Shown: in pieces, positions 41,721 to 56,291 of the stretch
Position numbering within the stretch: the stretch's first letter is position 1
Layout: every line of letters begins with the position of its first letter
Assembly (NCBI GenBank): GCA_951406725.2
Contig: OX597822.1
Location: forward strand, 113,150,001-113,214,000
From: Octopus vulgaris
Lineage: Eukaryota
Length of the DNA: 64,000 nucleotides
Direction: 5' to 3'
Position numbers and translations under genes: made by a program
The notes under the pieces: generated by a model
Told to the model about the DNA's origin: nothing
What the model saw: the letters and a program-made list of their open reading frames with translations, nothing else
Database searches by the model: none

Positions 41721-42899
41721 TGTCTGTGTTTTTTGTTGTGTCTGTGTCTGTATCTGAGTGCATATGCGCATCCGCGCGTGTAGCATGCATTCACATTTGT
41801 TTTTTTGTCAGCTTTTAATTAAAAAAACATTGAGCATTATAAATTGAAATATCACGTAGTACTTGTTACTAGGGTACGATATTTGCGTAATTTTACAAGG
41901 AAAAAAGTTGATAGAGTTGATAGTGACTTCGAAGTTTAACCTGATGACGATCAGAAAGCCGAAATTTTGAAATCAACCTTTTCTTTGAAAATATCCATAA
42001 ATACACACACACACACACACATACACATGTATGTATGTATGTATGTATGTATGTATGTATGTATGTATGTGTATATGTATGTATGTGTATATGAATGGGT
42101 GTATCGTAGTGTATTCGAGAGGTAAAACGAATGGCGAATGCTTGAGTTTTTCTTTCTACCAACAGAAGTCACTACTTCATCTTTTATTCTCCTCTGAACC
42201 AACCTTACCAATGTTGCCAGAGTTTAAGTGCGGCTCTACTTAGAGGGGAAATTATATTTCTTACTGCTTACTGTTTAGAATTGGGAGCTAACAACAGATT
42301 TTATGAGTTTTTTATGAGCCTGAACGAATGCCTGGGAGCTATGGGGTGAAACATTGACTTTACACAAACAAATAAACAAATGAATAAATAAAGAGCTACT
42401 ACATGCATTGACTACTCTTTTTCGCATTTGCATTCCAAAAATTAAATCTATGTATACAATCACACATACATACTTACATACGTACATATATACATACACA
42501 TATATATATATTTATTTATATACATATAGACACACACACACACATACACACACATACATATATATATTGTTATTATCATTTATGATGACAATAATGCCAC
42601 AATTGACGGACACAATTCTAGAAAAATCAACAGAAATTCCTTAGTTCCTTACCTATTTATCGACTCTGGTAGAACAAAACCCTAAATTGACACCGTCTGT
42701 GTTTAAACGTAGAATCGTAATTGACTACCGCAAAACGACGTATCAATGAAGCCGTCTACTGTCTGTATTGTAACCATAGTAATAAGAACCTTTTCATCAC
42801 AAAATACATAAAATTATTATTTGAACGTGCAGGTGTGCTTACAAACCACATCTGCATGTTCAGAGAACATACACACATAACAAGGCATGAGTGTGTGTG

Positions 42900-42946
<47 letters not shown>

Positions 42947-42970
42947 AGAGAGTGTGTAGATATATATATA

Positions 42971-44504
42971 CAGTCGTGGCCAATGAATTTGGCAAAATCG
43001 TTATTTCGTACCAAAAATAGATAAATATGCCTATCTAAAGCAAAAGGTTGATTTGTTTGAGTGCGTACGAGCATATTAACGAAAAATAATAACACACTTG
43101 AACCATATAAAGTGTGATACGCAGTTATTCATCTTCTCAGTATTTGCAGTGGCGACCCCTATTTTTCGAGACGTCCGTGATTCGTTTAAGCATGCCGGAA
43201 GTGAATTATTGAGTGAATGCATTGTTAACAGACCTCCATTCTTGCTGTACGGGCGCTTTCAACTGTTCAATATTTGTTGGCTTTTTCTGTCAACTCGGAT
43301 TTTAGAAATGGTCTACAAATTTTCAGTAGGATTTAAATCTGGAAAATTTCCCGGCCAAGACTCCAAAATTTCAATACCTTTATCTCCAAGATCCTTCTTA
43401 ATCCTTTTAGCAGTGCGGCAAGGTGCTCCATCTTATTGGAAATGGCAAGTTTCTTCGCCAAACTGCCTCTCAATGGTTGGAAGGAGATGGCTTTCAAGGA
43501 TATTTTGGTACCATGTAGAAATCATAGAAATGTTTTCCGGCAAAACTGATAGTGATCCAACGCCCTTGGATGAAAAGCAACCCCACGCATGAATGGTTTC
43601 TGGATGCTTGACTGTGGGCATGATACAGGCCTCATCATAGCGTTTACCTTGTCGACTTCTGGTGAGCCTTTTTCAAGATGTCCCAAACAATTGAAATGTT
43701 GCTTCATCAGAAAAATATCACTTTATTCCATTGTTCACTAGACCAGTTTTTATATTTTCTGCAAAAGACAAGCTTTTCCTTCACGTTTTCTTGAACAAAA
43801 ATGGTTTCTTTGCAGTATTCCGTGAAGCGAGACCATTGTCAAGAAGTCGTCGTCGAACAGACCGAGCTAAATCGCTGACACCGGCTGATTACCAAACTTT
43901 AGTAAGCTCTTTACTGCCGGCACTTCGATTCCTCAACTAATTTCTCACTAAGGCCTGTCTTGGCGGTTAGACGAAAGGCGTTGACGATAGGGGACCTTCT
44001 TCACCGTCATGGATCCTATATCTTTGAAAGTTTTTATAATACTGTATACAGTTCTTTCAGGTGCAATGCCTTTAGGAACAATATCCGGTGTTGTTAGGCC
44101 ATTTTGGTGGAAAGAAATTACTGACTGACGTTTTTATTGTACCAATACTATCCCCGCAATAAAAGTTAAATAAAATTTGAAGTTATTGTGGGGGAAAAAG
44201 AGCATTCATTAATTAAAAATCAATCATAAAAGCCCCATAACATCACACATAGCTTTATTGTTCTGGATATTAATTACGACTTGAAGTCATGAAGAGGAAT
44301 GTGATTTCCACTTGGAGGAAATATAGCCAATTGTGCAAACTGATGATTTTTTGCAATATCTATTGGTTTTCAACAGTTTTTCTTTCAAATCTTATTGGAT
44401 AACAGATAAACTGTTAAAATAATATTAAGTCATTAACATTCACATGATTTTTCACACGAAATAGCAAACGAACGGTGCTTGTCAAATTCATTGGCATATG
44501 ACTG
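42971..44504 (-). mobile_element. Tc1-family DNA transposon, full length but degenerate
   Basis: Imperfect ~27-bp TIRs starting CAGTC, flanked by TA. Minus-strand transposase motifs FSDEATF, TVKHP...WGCFSSKGVG, Q*DGAPCR and WPGNFPDLNPTENL, with stops and frameshifts. Confidence 0.92.
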
Positions 44505-44600
44505 TATGTATGCATATATATATATATATACATTGTGTGTGTATGTATATATATATATATATATATATACATGCATATTGTATGTATATATATATATATG

Positions 44601-44676
<76 letters not shown>

Positions 44677-44699
44677 ATATATATATATATACGAAGGTG

Positions 44700-44844
<145 letters not shown>

Positions 44845-45034
44845 TGAACATTGAATTGTGTCCGATGAATGAGAAAGGAGTGGTCAATACATGCTGTACT
44901 GCATATGGTTTATTGAATTCGAGTTTCACGCCTTTCGAACTTCAATTCTCGATTGAAGGTCGCAGTCTCGTGAAACTCGACACCATAAGCCAAAAATCAG
45001 TTTCAATAGATGTTATGCATATGTATACATACAT

Positions 45035-45089
<55 letters not shown>

Positions 45090-45745
45090 TATATGCGTAT
45101 CTAATAGTGCGGGGGATGTGTGTGTGTGTGCATACAAAAGTTGGTGAATTAGTAGGGCAGTTCGAACGTTAGAATTTTGCGGTATTCGTTCCTTGTCTTT
45201 GAATTCGGTATCGATATCATCGAAATACAGTTATCGATTCCTATCGCTACCCACCTCTATCTTTATCTCTATCTCCACTCTCTCTCTCTCACTCACTAGA
45301 TTGCATGTGTAATTCATGTGTCCCACCATATATTCCTATCTGGTTTCGTAAATCCTATTGGAACCCAGATTTGCTTGTCAGTTACTTGAGCATGTCCCTT
45401 AATGACTGACGATCTGTGCTTCTCTGATCACGATCAGGAGCAGTGGGGAAGCGTCTTAGGCATTTCTTGGGAGGGATTCTTTGCACTTTGAATAATTCAC
45501 CTCTGGAAAAATGGGTGTTACGTTCGTCATTCTTAAACAACCGTTATTTAGGGACCTTTTGAACGGAGTAGTCGACTTGACCTGAAAAAATTCTAATTTG
45601 GGCCCCACCTGCAAGGTCAGGCACTGTTCATCTTGATATGAGTTCACTATGTCGCGTACATATAGTCATGATGCCTGTATCTTATTTACCCTCATCAGAC
45701 GCGTAGTCATGATAAGTATATTGGGTTTTATATATTTGTGTCCCA

Positions 45746-45980
45746 AAGGCGGTGAGCTGGCAGAATCGTTAGCACGCCGGGCGAAATGCTTAGCAGTATT
45801 TCGTCTGCCGCAACATTCTGAGTTCAAATTTCGCCGAGGTCGACTTTGCCTTTCATCCTTTCGGGATCAATTAAATAAGTACCAGTTACGCACTGGGGTC
45901 GATATAATCGACTTAATCCGTTTGTCTATCCTTGTTTGTCCCTTCTGTGTTTAGCCCCTTGTGGGTAGTAAAGAAATAAG
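45746..45980 (+). mobile_element. SINE family C, monomeric full length
   Basis: AAGGCGGTGAGCTGGCAGAATCG head to TAAAGAAATA tail; ~15-bp TSD TATATTTGTGYCCCA (45731-45745 and 45981-45995). Confidence 0.9.
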
Positions 45981-46367
45981 TATATTTGTGCCCCAGTGTC
46001 ACTTTAATGCTATGCGCTGCTTTCTCATTCTTTCTGCCATAGACCCTGAAACTACCTTAAATTTTCAGGCTATATAGTGGAGGTATACGCAGTTAAATCA
46101 AGCATATATTTAACTGAGAGATAATTCAATCGACACCTCCGTCCCTGAGAAATTAAAAAATGGAATGTTAACCTCAGCCGTTTCCGATCTACAAATACAG
46201 CATTTTGTCTCAGACTTACGCTACCACCACCGCTGCTGCTGCTGCTGATGTTGTTGTATATGTTGTTGTTGATATTGCGGTTGTATATGACTGAGCTTGT
46301 TTGCTGAAGTCAAAATAAGTACCAATTATTTTATGTTTCTCACTGTTCCCTATTTCCGTTCACCTTC

Positions 46368-46434
<67 letters not shown>

Positions 46435-47015
46435 GTCTATCTATCTACCTATCTATCTATCTATTTATCTCCCTCTCCCCAGTCTGTTTCTGTCTCTCGC
46501 TCGCGCTTCTCCCTTTCTATAACTGAACCGAGGGAGAATGAGCGAGTGAATATATGATACGCTTTCATATTATTACCGTAGATAACAAGAACATATGTCA
46601 ATATATATTTACCAGAAATGATATACGCACCTCCCCATATATACATGTCTATAAATAAAGGTAGATTTATAGATAGACAGACAGACATATGCAAGTGTAT
46701 GCATGTGCATAGATATATATGTATCATGGTTCATACATACATGTCTATATGTATGATTTTGTACGTACAAATTTGAATGATTTAAATATCGCTGAATATG
46801 TATTATTTCAATGTGTATGTTTGCCTCTCAATCGAAATATTTATTCTACATATATATTTTTATGAAGTATTTAATGGATTGAAGTTTTACTTTTCATATA
46901 TGGACTGATAACCCAAAATTCTGACTCAAATCCAAAATATTCCGTAATATTGCAATAGCCCAATTAACTTTGAGTACTAAATAGATGTACTATATATGAA
47001 GTATAATTCTCACTA

Positions 47016-47105
<90 letters not shown>

Positions 47106-47107
<2 letters not shown>

Positions 47108-47262
47108 TTAATCCAAACATGAAAACACAAAGAGAAAACACAACAACGCGAGGACGTGGAACAAGTATAGTATTATTGGACGCTCAGGAAAGAAGTAAAG
47201 AAAGAGGGTTTAACGTTTCGAGCGGAGTTCTTCGTCAGAAACATAGAAGAAGGAAAGGTCCA
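47106..47262 (-). mobile_element. Family 5 repeat with hammerhead motif at 47209-47241
   Basis: Minus strand TTT-CTGACGA-A-GAAC-TCC-GCTC-GAAAC-GTT-AAA. Confidence 0.85.
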
Positions 47263-47631
47263 ATATGTGTGTAAATATGCCTGCATGCATATACATTTAA
47301 GGGCTTATGTGTATATGTCGTTTTGCATGTTTTGTAAACGTACGTGCTCAGATGGAAACGATCATATGAACATTCATTCATAAATATGTATATACACACT
47401 TTTACATATACACATATGCAAACATATATATGATTATAAGTACGTATGTATACATGAATGTATGTATGTGCATATATTCATTTATGTATATTTATAAAAG
47501 ATACGAGTTTTCGTCAGGGTGACTCAGAATAATAGGCATGCGCTCTGGGTGCTCAAACAGGTATGCCACTATATCTGTCTATATATCTATGTATTCATAC
47601 ATAGATGTATATATATGTATATATGTATGTG

Positions 47632-47665
<34 letters not shown>

Positions 47666-48039
47666 TACACACATATATGTATCTATATATATATGTATGT
47701 ATGTATTTATGTGTGTGTATATATATGTACAGCATATATATATATATAAATACACACACACACACACAATACACGCATATATATGTATGCTTTCGTCAAC
47801 CATTTTTTGCATTTTTGGTTGCACAATTGTTGGGAAAATACATTCGTCACAAACATGAAACCAATGGTTCCAGCATTTTCACTTAAATTCTATTAGCGAA
47901 TTAATTCTGTTGTCTCGAGTCCTCCCTTCTTCAGTTACTTAGCGTCAATTATGTACGTGCGCGTGTATATCAGTCTCTGTGTGTGTATGTGCGATTGCAT
48001 GTTTATCTTTGTACGTATGTGTATGATGCTGCATACAGT

Positions 48040-48115
<76 letters not shown>

Positions 48116-48116
<1 letters not shown>

Positions 48117-48329
48117 TCTCTCTTTTTTACTCTTTTACTTGTTTCAGTCATTTGACTGCGGCCATGCTGGAGCACCGCCTTTAGTCGAGCAAATCGACCC
48201 CGGGATTTATTCTTTGTAAGCCCAGTACTTATTCTATCGGTCTCTTTTGCCGAACCGCTAAGTAACGGGGATGTAAACACACCAGCATCGGTTGTCAAGC
48301 AATGCTAGGGGGACAAACACAGACACACA

Positions 48330-48366
<37 letters not shown>

Positions 48367-48528
48367 GACAGGCTTCTTTCAGTTTCCGTCTACCAAATCC
48401 ACTCACAAGGTATTGGTCGGCCCGGGGCTATAGCAGAAGACACTTGCCCAAGATGCCACGCAGTGGGACTGAACCCGGAACCATGTGGTTGGTAAGCATA
48501 CTACTTACCACACAGCCACTCTTGCGCC

Positions 48529-48529
<1 letters not shown>
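48116..48529 (-). mobile_element. SINE family B, full length, young
   Basis: Near-identical to 21772-22164; inserted in (TA)n. Confidence 0.9.
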
Positions 48530-48562
<33 letters not shown>

Positions 48563-48909
48563 CATATATGCAAAAACTACCATGACAATAGTTACGCTCA
48601 AAATCTCTTCCCAACGACGCTGTAGATACTATATATTTTGTACGATATGATATATCGATACTGAAAAATAACCCAACAGTGAATCCTCTAAAAGAATCGA
48701 ACTCACATCACATACGTGACTTATCCAAGAAAGAAATCAGACTTTTAAAACGGTGCAGCAACTAGGTGCTTCTGACTGCATTACATTGCGTAGGTGGCCT
48801 TGGATTTTAGTTTAGTCATTATACAATTAATCATCGATCTCATGGGTTAGAGTGAATGTAAGTTTAGTGAAGAGTGAATCTATGTTTTCTATAGATTTAT
48901 CAAAGTTGA

Positions 48910-49250
48910 ACAATAAAGCTTTTTGGGTGAAATTCTGTTTGAAATTGGAGAAAACTTTTAGGGAAACTTTTCTAAAGGGTCCTAGCAGAAGATTGTTTGT
49001 CTAGAGTGGTATCGTCATTTTAAATCGGGAAGAACATCAAAAGAAAACTCGTTCTAATCTCGAAGACATTTCTCGACATCGAACAACCGTCAATTTACGA
49101 AATCTGCATTGTGATCTGTGAGGATCGACGCCTTATTATCGATACAGTTTCAGAGGAAGAAAGCATCTCTAAAAGTTGGATCCAAATCTTTTGAAGACAT
49201 GAATTAAAAGAATCGTGTTTCTACAAAAGTTGCGCCCCGTTTCTTGCTTG
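48910..49250 (+). pseudogene. Mariner transposase N-terminal (HTH) remnant
   Basis: Broken-frame peptides VKFCLKLEKTFRETF, HFKSGRTS and EDRRLII..VSEE..IS, typical of mariner HTH regions. Confidence 0.6.
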
Positions 49251-49729
49251 TCGTACAAATTTTCTTGAACTCTGGCAATTCCATTCTAATACTACTTCCT
49301 TTCTTGAACGGTCTTCAGAACACTTCCTTTTGCTCTCTTCTTTTGCACATTTACCCTTCACCACCGTATTTATACTCCACAATATTTCTGAAACTTATGA
49401 AGTGTATTCGTACTTCTAAATCATAAACTTATAGAAACACGATGAATATTAATAGAAATCGTTGGCAAAATATCTTTTCGGTATTTTTGTAAACTACTTA
49501 TTTGAAATAATGGTTTTTATGTAGAAGAGTGTTGTATTGCTAACAACAGAATTTCTGTCTCATATCCTCTTTACGTCGTTTCCATGTGTTGGATATATGA
49601 AGTGAATACAGTTAATCATCGCTAGATCAGTCGACCTAACTGTAAATGGACCTCGGTCGGGAAAGAAGTTACAGCTTACTATAGCCCTTTATACATCTCC
49701 CCAAAACCGTGGAATGTTGTACTAAATAC

Positions 49730-49837
<108 letters not shown>

Positions 49838-50996
49838 CTGTCTTTCGCTCTCTCTTTCATTCGATCTCTCTCTCTCTCTATCTCTTTCTTTCCCTCTCTC
49901 TCTTTCTTTTTCTCTCTCTCCCTTTCTCTTTCTTTCTCTCTCTCCCTCTCTCTCTTTCTCTCATTCGATATATTTATATATCTCTATCTATTTATCTCTT
50001 CCTCTCTCTCTCTCTCTCTCCCTCCTTCTCTCTATCTCTCCCTCTCTCTTTTTCCATCTCTCTCTCTCTCTACTACACGCACGCAAGTGCGTCTTGTTTC
50101 TGAGCACTAATCTCCCTAAGACGTAAATGCACAATTTTAAGAGTTAACAGGTAGTTAATGACACTTTGAAAGTTATAAGTGCCACAAAATCCCATTTCTC
50201 GCATAAATTCAAGAATTTATGTCACAATAGAAGAAATCAGTGTTCGTCTAAAAATAATGGGGGAAAACATGATTGATTATGTTGAACAACAGAAGATATA
50301 GCTTGTTACGAATAAAATCATTATTTGACTCCTCTAAATACGTTATTGTCCACTTTGGCTTCCATATTTCTGGAATAAAATGACTGCCATAAATGCCGTA
50401 AATGGGTTTGATCTATTTCACTCCAGCCTAACCCCCCAACGAAATTAATAATTAGAATGTGTAAGGCGGTGAGCTGGCAGAATCGTTAGTATGTTGGGTA
50501 AAGTGCTTTGCGGCATTTCATTTGTCTTTACGGTCTGAGTTCAAATTGCGCGCATGTCGACTTTGCCCTCCATCCTTTTGGGGCGATAAAAAAAGTACCT
50601 GTTGAATCGACTCACCTGCTTCCAGCGAAATTGCTGGCCTTGTGCTACAATTTGGGGCTAGTAATTAGAATAGGTATCACACACCGTGGAGGGGTTAAAA
50701 ACCTTCCCTCTAATCTCGGTCTGCCGTAAGATTGAATTCCCAATACCATAATTTTATTAACGTCTGAAATACCTTCGAGAAAACATGAATATCTAAGAGC
50801 TCATTATCCTCTCTTAAATTTATGAACTTATGTATATGAAGCCAATAATTAAAATATGTAATTCTTAATCCAATTATCTTTATATGACATAAATATCAAT
50901 CATGGCAATCGTCTGAGAAATACGAAGTCATCAGTGAATTAATTAATTCAACATGAATCTACTCGCTACTACATGTCACATGAACTAACATATATG

Positions 50997-51060
<64 letters not shown>

Positions 51061-51537
51061 TATATTCTTGACATTTTGAATTATTTCTGAGACGTTTTAG
51101 TTAAAGCAGAAATAAAGAATAGGATTTTTAAAATGTCTGTATGAAAATGGTAATTACTTAACCTCGGCAATCTTTTATCTTTTACTAGTTTTAGTCATTT
51201 GATTGCAGCCATGCTGGGGCACCACAGTCTTGAAGGATTTTAGTCGTGCAAATCAATCCCAGGCCTTATTTTTTAAAGCCTGGTAGTTATTCTGTCGGTT
51301 TCTTTTGCCGAACCGTTAAGATACGCGGATATAAACAAATCAGCACCGGTCGACAAACCAAGGTGGTGGTGGTGGTGGTGGTGGTGGTGGTGGTGGTGGT
51401 GGGGAAAATACATACACAAAGACAAACACAGAGGTGTATACATATATACATATTTATGTGTGTATGTATATATGTATGTATATATGTATATATACATATA
51501 TACATACATGTATGTATATATGCATATACATATATAC

Positions 51538-51577
<40 letters not shown>

Positions 51578-51614
51578 ATGTTTCTGTCTCTGTGTAATAT
51601 GTCTGTGTCTCTGT

Positions 51615-51677
<63 letters not shown>

Positions 51678-51773
51678 CATACATACATGCATACATACAT
51701 AACATGCATGTAAATAGACATACATCCATGCATACAAACGAACAATATTATACATATAAATACAAACATAAAG

Positions 51774-51806
51774 TCTTTAACGTTTCGACCTACGCTCTTC
51801 AACATG
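51774..51806 (-). ncRNA. Variant hammerhead-like motif, family 7 (decayed)
   Basis: ATGTTGA-A-GAGC-GTAG-G-TC-GAAAC-GTT-AAAG. Confidence 0.3.
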
Positions 51807-51949
51807 AATGACACATGAAAGATGCGTGCAGTAGCTAACGAATCAACATGGCGATCTGATTTCGGCCAGAGGTCAAGATCAAACATGAGAAGCGAGAGCA
51901 AAATAAGGGGAGATAATAGGGTTGATAATAGGGTTGAAGGACCAGCTAA

Positions 51950-52262
51950 TAGTGCGTAGGAGGGGTCTGGACGTGTGTATGTATAGGGTTGGTGTATGTA
52001 TTAGTATGTATAAGGGGGTGTGTGTGTGTGTGTGTATGAGAGAGTATTAGTGCGTAGGATTGGTCTGGACGTGCGTATGTATGGGGTTGGTGTATGTATT
52101 AGTATGTATTAGTATGTATTAGTACGTATTAGTATGTATAAGTGTGTGTGTGTATGAGAGAGTATAAGTGCGTATGAGGGGTCTGGACGTGTGTATGTAT
52201 AGGGTTGGTGTATGTATTAGTATGTATTAGTATGTATTAGTACGTATTAGTATGTATTAGTT
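51950..52262. repeat. Minisatellite, three ~100-120 bp units with internal (TATGTATTAG)n
   Basis: AGTGCGTA...GGTCTGGACGTG...GGGTTGGTGTATGTATTAG recurs at ~51950, ~52048 and ~52166. Confidence 0.9.
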
Positions 52263-53125
52263 GGTACATACATACACACACACACATACATACAGACGCA
52301 CACATACATACATACATACATACAAACATACATGCATACATACAAACATACATACAAACATACATACATACATATGCATATAGGACGGGATTCTTTCGGC
52401 TTCCGTCTACCAAATCCACTCACTAGGCTTTGATCGGCCCGGGGCTTTAGTAGAACGCATTTACTCAAGGTGTCACACAGTAGGACTGAACCTGAAACTA
52501 TGTGATTGCTGAAACAAGCTTCCTACCCCACAGTTACGCCTATGCAATATTGATGCAATTTTTTTCTTTAATTTTAATTTGTCATATACATGTCAAAAGT
52601 AGAGGTGGCCAAAGTTGTTGACATGGACTTTCAGATATAGACGAAACTGTGTCAGAGAGTAATAGATGGATAGGCGTGAAGAGGAAGTTGATAAAATATT
52701 TGTGATCTTAAAAGTTCAGAATGAAAAGTGCTTAACTTTAAATGCTTAATGTTTAAATTGTTAATCAATTATTATCCCTGTCCTTGTAACGCTAACCTAA
52801 CAGAAAATGGATTTCCCGCGTCATGATGGCACAAACGTAGAGCAAATTTTCTTTATTTTCGCCAATCACGATGTGACATTTTTCTTTCTCATAGAAAATC
52901 TGTATACTTGATAATTCAAAACTAGATTATTTCTTCGCAGTGTCACTATAGAAACTAGATTTCCCTCAGGTGAAACACGAGGCACCGGGTTTAAAATAAA
53001 TCAACATTTATTTGAAAAAGTGTCTCGGTTCTTGATTAGTCGAAGTACTTTGTATAAATTTATGTGTATATGAGTGTGTGGTGCGTACTCATATGTGACT
53101 GGCGTGTGTATATGTATGTATATAT

Positions 53126-53357
53126 ATTTCTTTACTGCCCACAAGGAGCTAAACATAGAGAGGACAAACAAGGACAGACAAAGGGATTAAGTCGATTACA
53201 TCGATCCCACTGCGAAACAGGTACTTTATTTATCGATCCCAAAAGGATGAAAGGCAAAGTCGACCTCGGAGGAATTTGAACTCTGAACGTAACGACAGAC
53301 GAAATACCGCTAAGCATTTCGCCCGGCGCGCTACCGTTTCTGCCAGCTCGCCGCCTT
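53126..53357 (-). mobile_element. SINE family C, monomeric
   Basis: Reverse complement of 45746-45980. Confidence 0.9.
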
Positions 53358-53384
53358 TTATATGTATGTATATATGTAAGCCTG

Positions 53385-53416
<32 letters not shown>

Positions 53417-54481
53417 CATGTAGGTAGGTATAAATAAGAATTCACACTCACACACATACACTCACACACACATATATATATATATGTAATATGTGTGTGG
53501 GGTGTAATATGTCTGAGTATGTATGCATACTCAGACATATATTTTCAAATTTATGTATGTAAATACATACACGTTTGTATATCTATTACAGGCTAAACTT
53601 TTGCAATGCATTTAGAAATTTCACAGTTAATGGTTTGTGTCCTTTCTGGTTTAACCCAGTTTCTCAAACTTGGTCCTAAAGAAGTTGATTCAAAACTAAA
53701 ATTTAGTCCCAGTGTTGTATTTACTCTGTTAGAGATATTCTCCTTTTGTGTTATCTTTCAACATTATCTTAAAGTCCCCTGAATAACACCTCTGCACATT
53801 TTCTTTTTCAGTGTACCGGAACTTACGTCTGGTCTACATTTTACAGAGATTTTAACGAAAACATGCCAAAATCTGTTTGTCTTCTCATCTATTGTTTAAG
53901 AAAATAAGAAAGCAGTAAATCTGATGAATTAAATAGTAAAAGTCTCACACTCTTCTCCGCTCAGCGGTTATATATTTGAAGTGATATTTGATGGGCTGAA
54001 ATACTTAGACCTTTGTCTAAAATACTTAGCTTTGCACGTTTATTAGTTGAACATTTTCTTACATACCCTAATGCACCAACAATTATCGGTATAAATGTGT
54101 GTTTATTATATGGATTTAAAAAACTCTAGGGTTGGCTATAGCTGTTCGCAAATATTATCTACGTAACTGATAGAAATAGTCACATATGCAATGTAGCATA
54201 TATACGTATGTAGCTGTATATATATGCGTATATGCATATATATATTTATTAATTTTTTTTATGTGTGTATGTATGCACCTAAGCAGCAAACACTTCTTAC
54301 CTGTTTTTTTCACTTCTTTTTACATATTTGGGGACTTTCTACAGATCTAATAATTTCAATGTATAAAACCTTTAAATGATCAACACCTCTTTGTTTTAAG
54401 AGAAAAATTAGCCGAGGACTGTGGTAATTTGTGTGTATGTGAATGTGTGTATATATATATATATATATGTATGCATATGTA

Positions 54482-54585
<104 letters not shown>

Positions 54586-55329
54586 TGTATGTATGTATGT
54601 ATCCGAAAGTGTCTCGAGTCCTTAGTCGACAGTTGATGAGAAAAACTGGTTTCCATGTTCGAGTCTTGTCCTGTGCAGTTAACCTGTTGTTTGTGCTTAA
54701 TTTTTCTTTTATACATGCGTTTATGTATCTTTTATCTTTCATTAGGTTCATTCACGGAACTGGGTACCAGCTTGATGGGTTGGGCGAACAAATCGATCTC
54801 AGTACTTCTTGTTATATCTAGTATTTATTCTTTTTTTTGCCGAGCCACTTAGTTACGGGGATATAAACAAAATAACACTTCTTGCCAAGTAGTGCAAGTA
54901 CTAACGCAGAGTTATGTTACAATGTATACATCCCTACAGCTGTTACAATAATCCTTACATCATATTACAATTACATAAGGGATTTTGTAAGTACCGTGCC
55001 ATGAAGAAGATATTTTGAAATATTAATTACAGAATTTAAGTTTACCTTTATATAGTTTGAAAATATGCGTCTGTATATATGTATGTATTTATGTATGTGT
55101 GCATGTATGCATGCATGCAATTTATGCTTGTATATATGTATGCGACGGGCTACGGAAAAGCTAACATTTACCAAATTCTCTCACAAGCCTTGGTCGGCCA
55201 GGGTTCTAGTAGATGACTCCAGTATAGCCTAGTAGATGGTTTCACTTCAGTATAGCCTCGGGAGCTAAACTGAAGTGATTTTTCATGTGATATTGTGAAA
55301 AAAGGAAAGCGTTATGCCTTTTGATGCAC

Positions 55330-55800
55330 TTGTACGCTTGGTTCTCATTGCTTAGGGCTGATGATGCGGTTGAATATCTTGCGGTTTTCAGAGTTACTGC
55401 TCATGAACAATTGAGTAAATAGCGAGAGGCCACTCAGATTTTATAACTTCAAGACAATTGCTCAACGATGCTAAACTCGGACGTTTTGAGATAATTTCTA
55501 TGGGTTTTGACATTCAAGAGTTTATGATTTTTGAAAGATTTCAAAATGGATCCTTTGCCGGTGACGTTCTCTCTCTTCTTAACAGTTATTAGAAGTTGCT
55601 TGATGATCTGCAATTTTACAGTTTCAAATACCATTAAGATAAAGCTTGATGCTTTTAACGTTTTATGTTTCCTCCCTAATGCCCCAAATGCTATAGAATT
55701 TGGAAGAGAATTCAACACTGAACGACTTAAGATCATAATAAAAGGAAGGAACTCATTGTTATATTCCGAGATCTTCTATTGGTTCAAAGGGAAGATTGCT
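55330..55800 (-). pseudogene. Possible decayed PIF1-like helicase remnant (Helitron RepHel)
   Basis: SVLNSLP and LNCS*AVTLKTA loosely echo the PIF1 motifs EFLNSL and INKSQGQTLK in the correct order; weak similarity by eye. Confidence 0.3.
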
Positions 55801-56203
55801 TATTGTTCGGTTTCTCTAAAAGAAGATATGATGTGGTAAAGGTGGTAGGTCTTATGAAATTGTTCACCCTCGAAACACTCTGGATGTGTACCAGCATCAC
55901 CACTCCTAGCTGTGACAGCTCATATAATATAAATATCGACACAAAAGACAGGTTCAAAGGATATTAAAAAAGAGTATTTAAGGAATTCAGCTTAAACATA
56001 TCTTTTATCACTATCATAACAATTAAAACTTCCTTGAAATAACATTAAATTTAAAGAAGGCAAGTATTTTAAATTCATATCAATTACAACCACCCATCAT
56101 CCCTAATTGGAAAAGCTTTGGCTGAATTAAGAGGAGTATCTTTGATCTGTTCTCGAGATCCCTCTATTAAGTTAATGTGTTATCTAGGAGTGGCTTTCAT
56201 GAA

Positions 56204-56240
<37 letters not shown>

Positions 56241-56242
56241 GT

Positions 56243-56291
<49 letters not shown>

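Noticed and set aside
41938-41972. CTGATGA...GAAA
   Set aside because: Helices I and II do not pair.
43690-43716. Minus-strand CTGATGAAG
   Set aside because: It encodes the Tc1 FSDE motif; no hammerhead helices.
45680-45720. Minus-strand CTGATGAGGGTA in the old repeat hosting SINE C
   Set aside because: No GAAA or helix III downstream.
51950-52262. Repeat-spacer appearance resembling CRISPR
   Set aside because: Eukaryotic minisatellite; the spacers are simple repeats and there are no cas genes.
54629-54674. ACAG-TTGATGA-GAA...TTC-GA..GTC-CTGT
   Set aside because: Helix I and the triplet fit but GAAAC is absent; at best a fossil.
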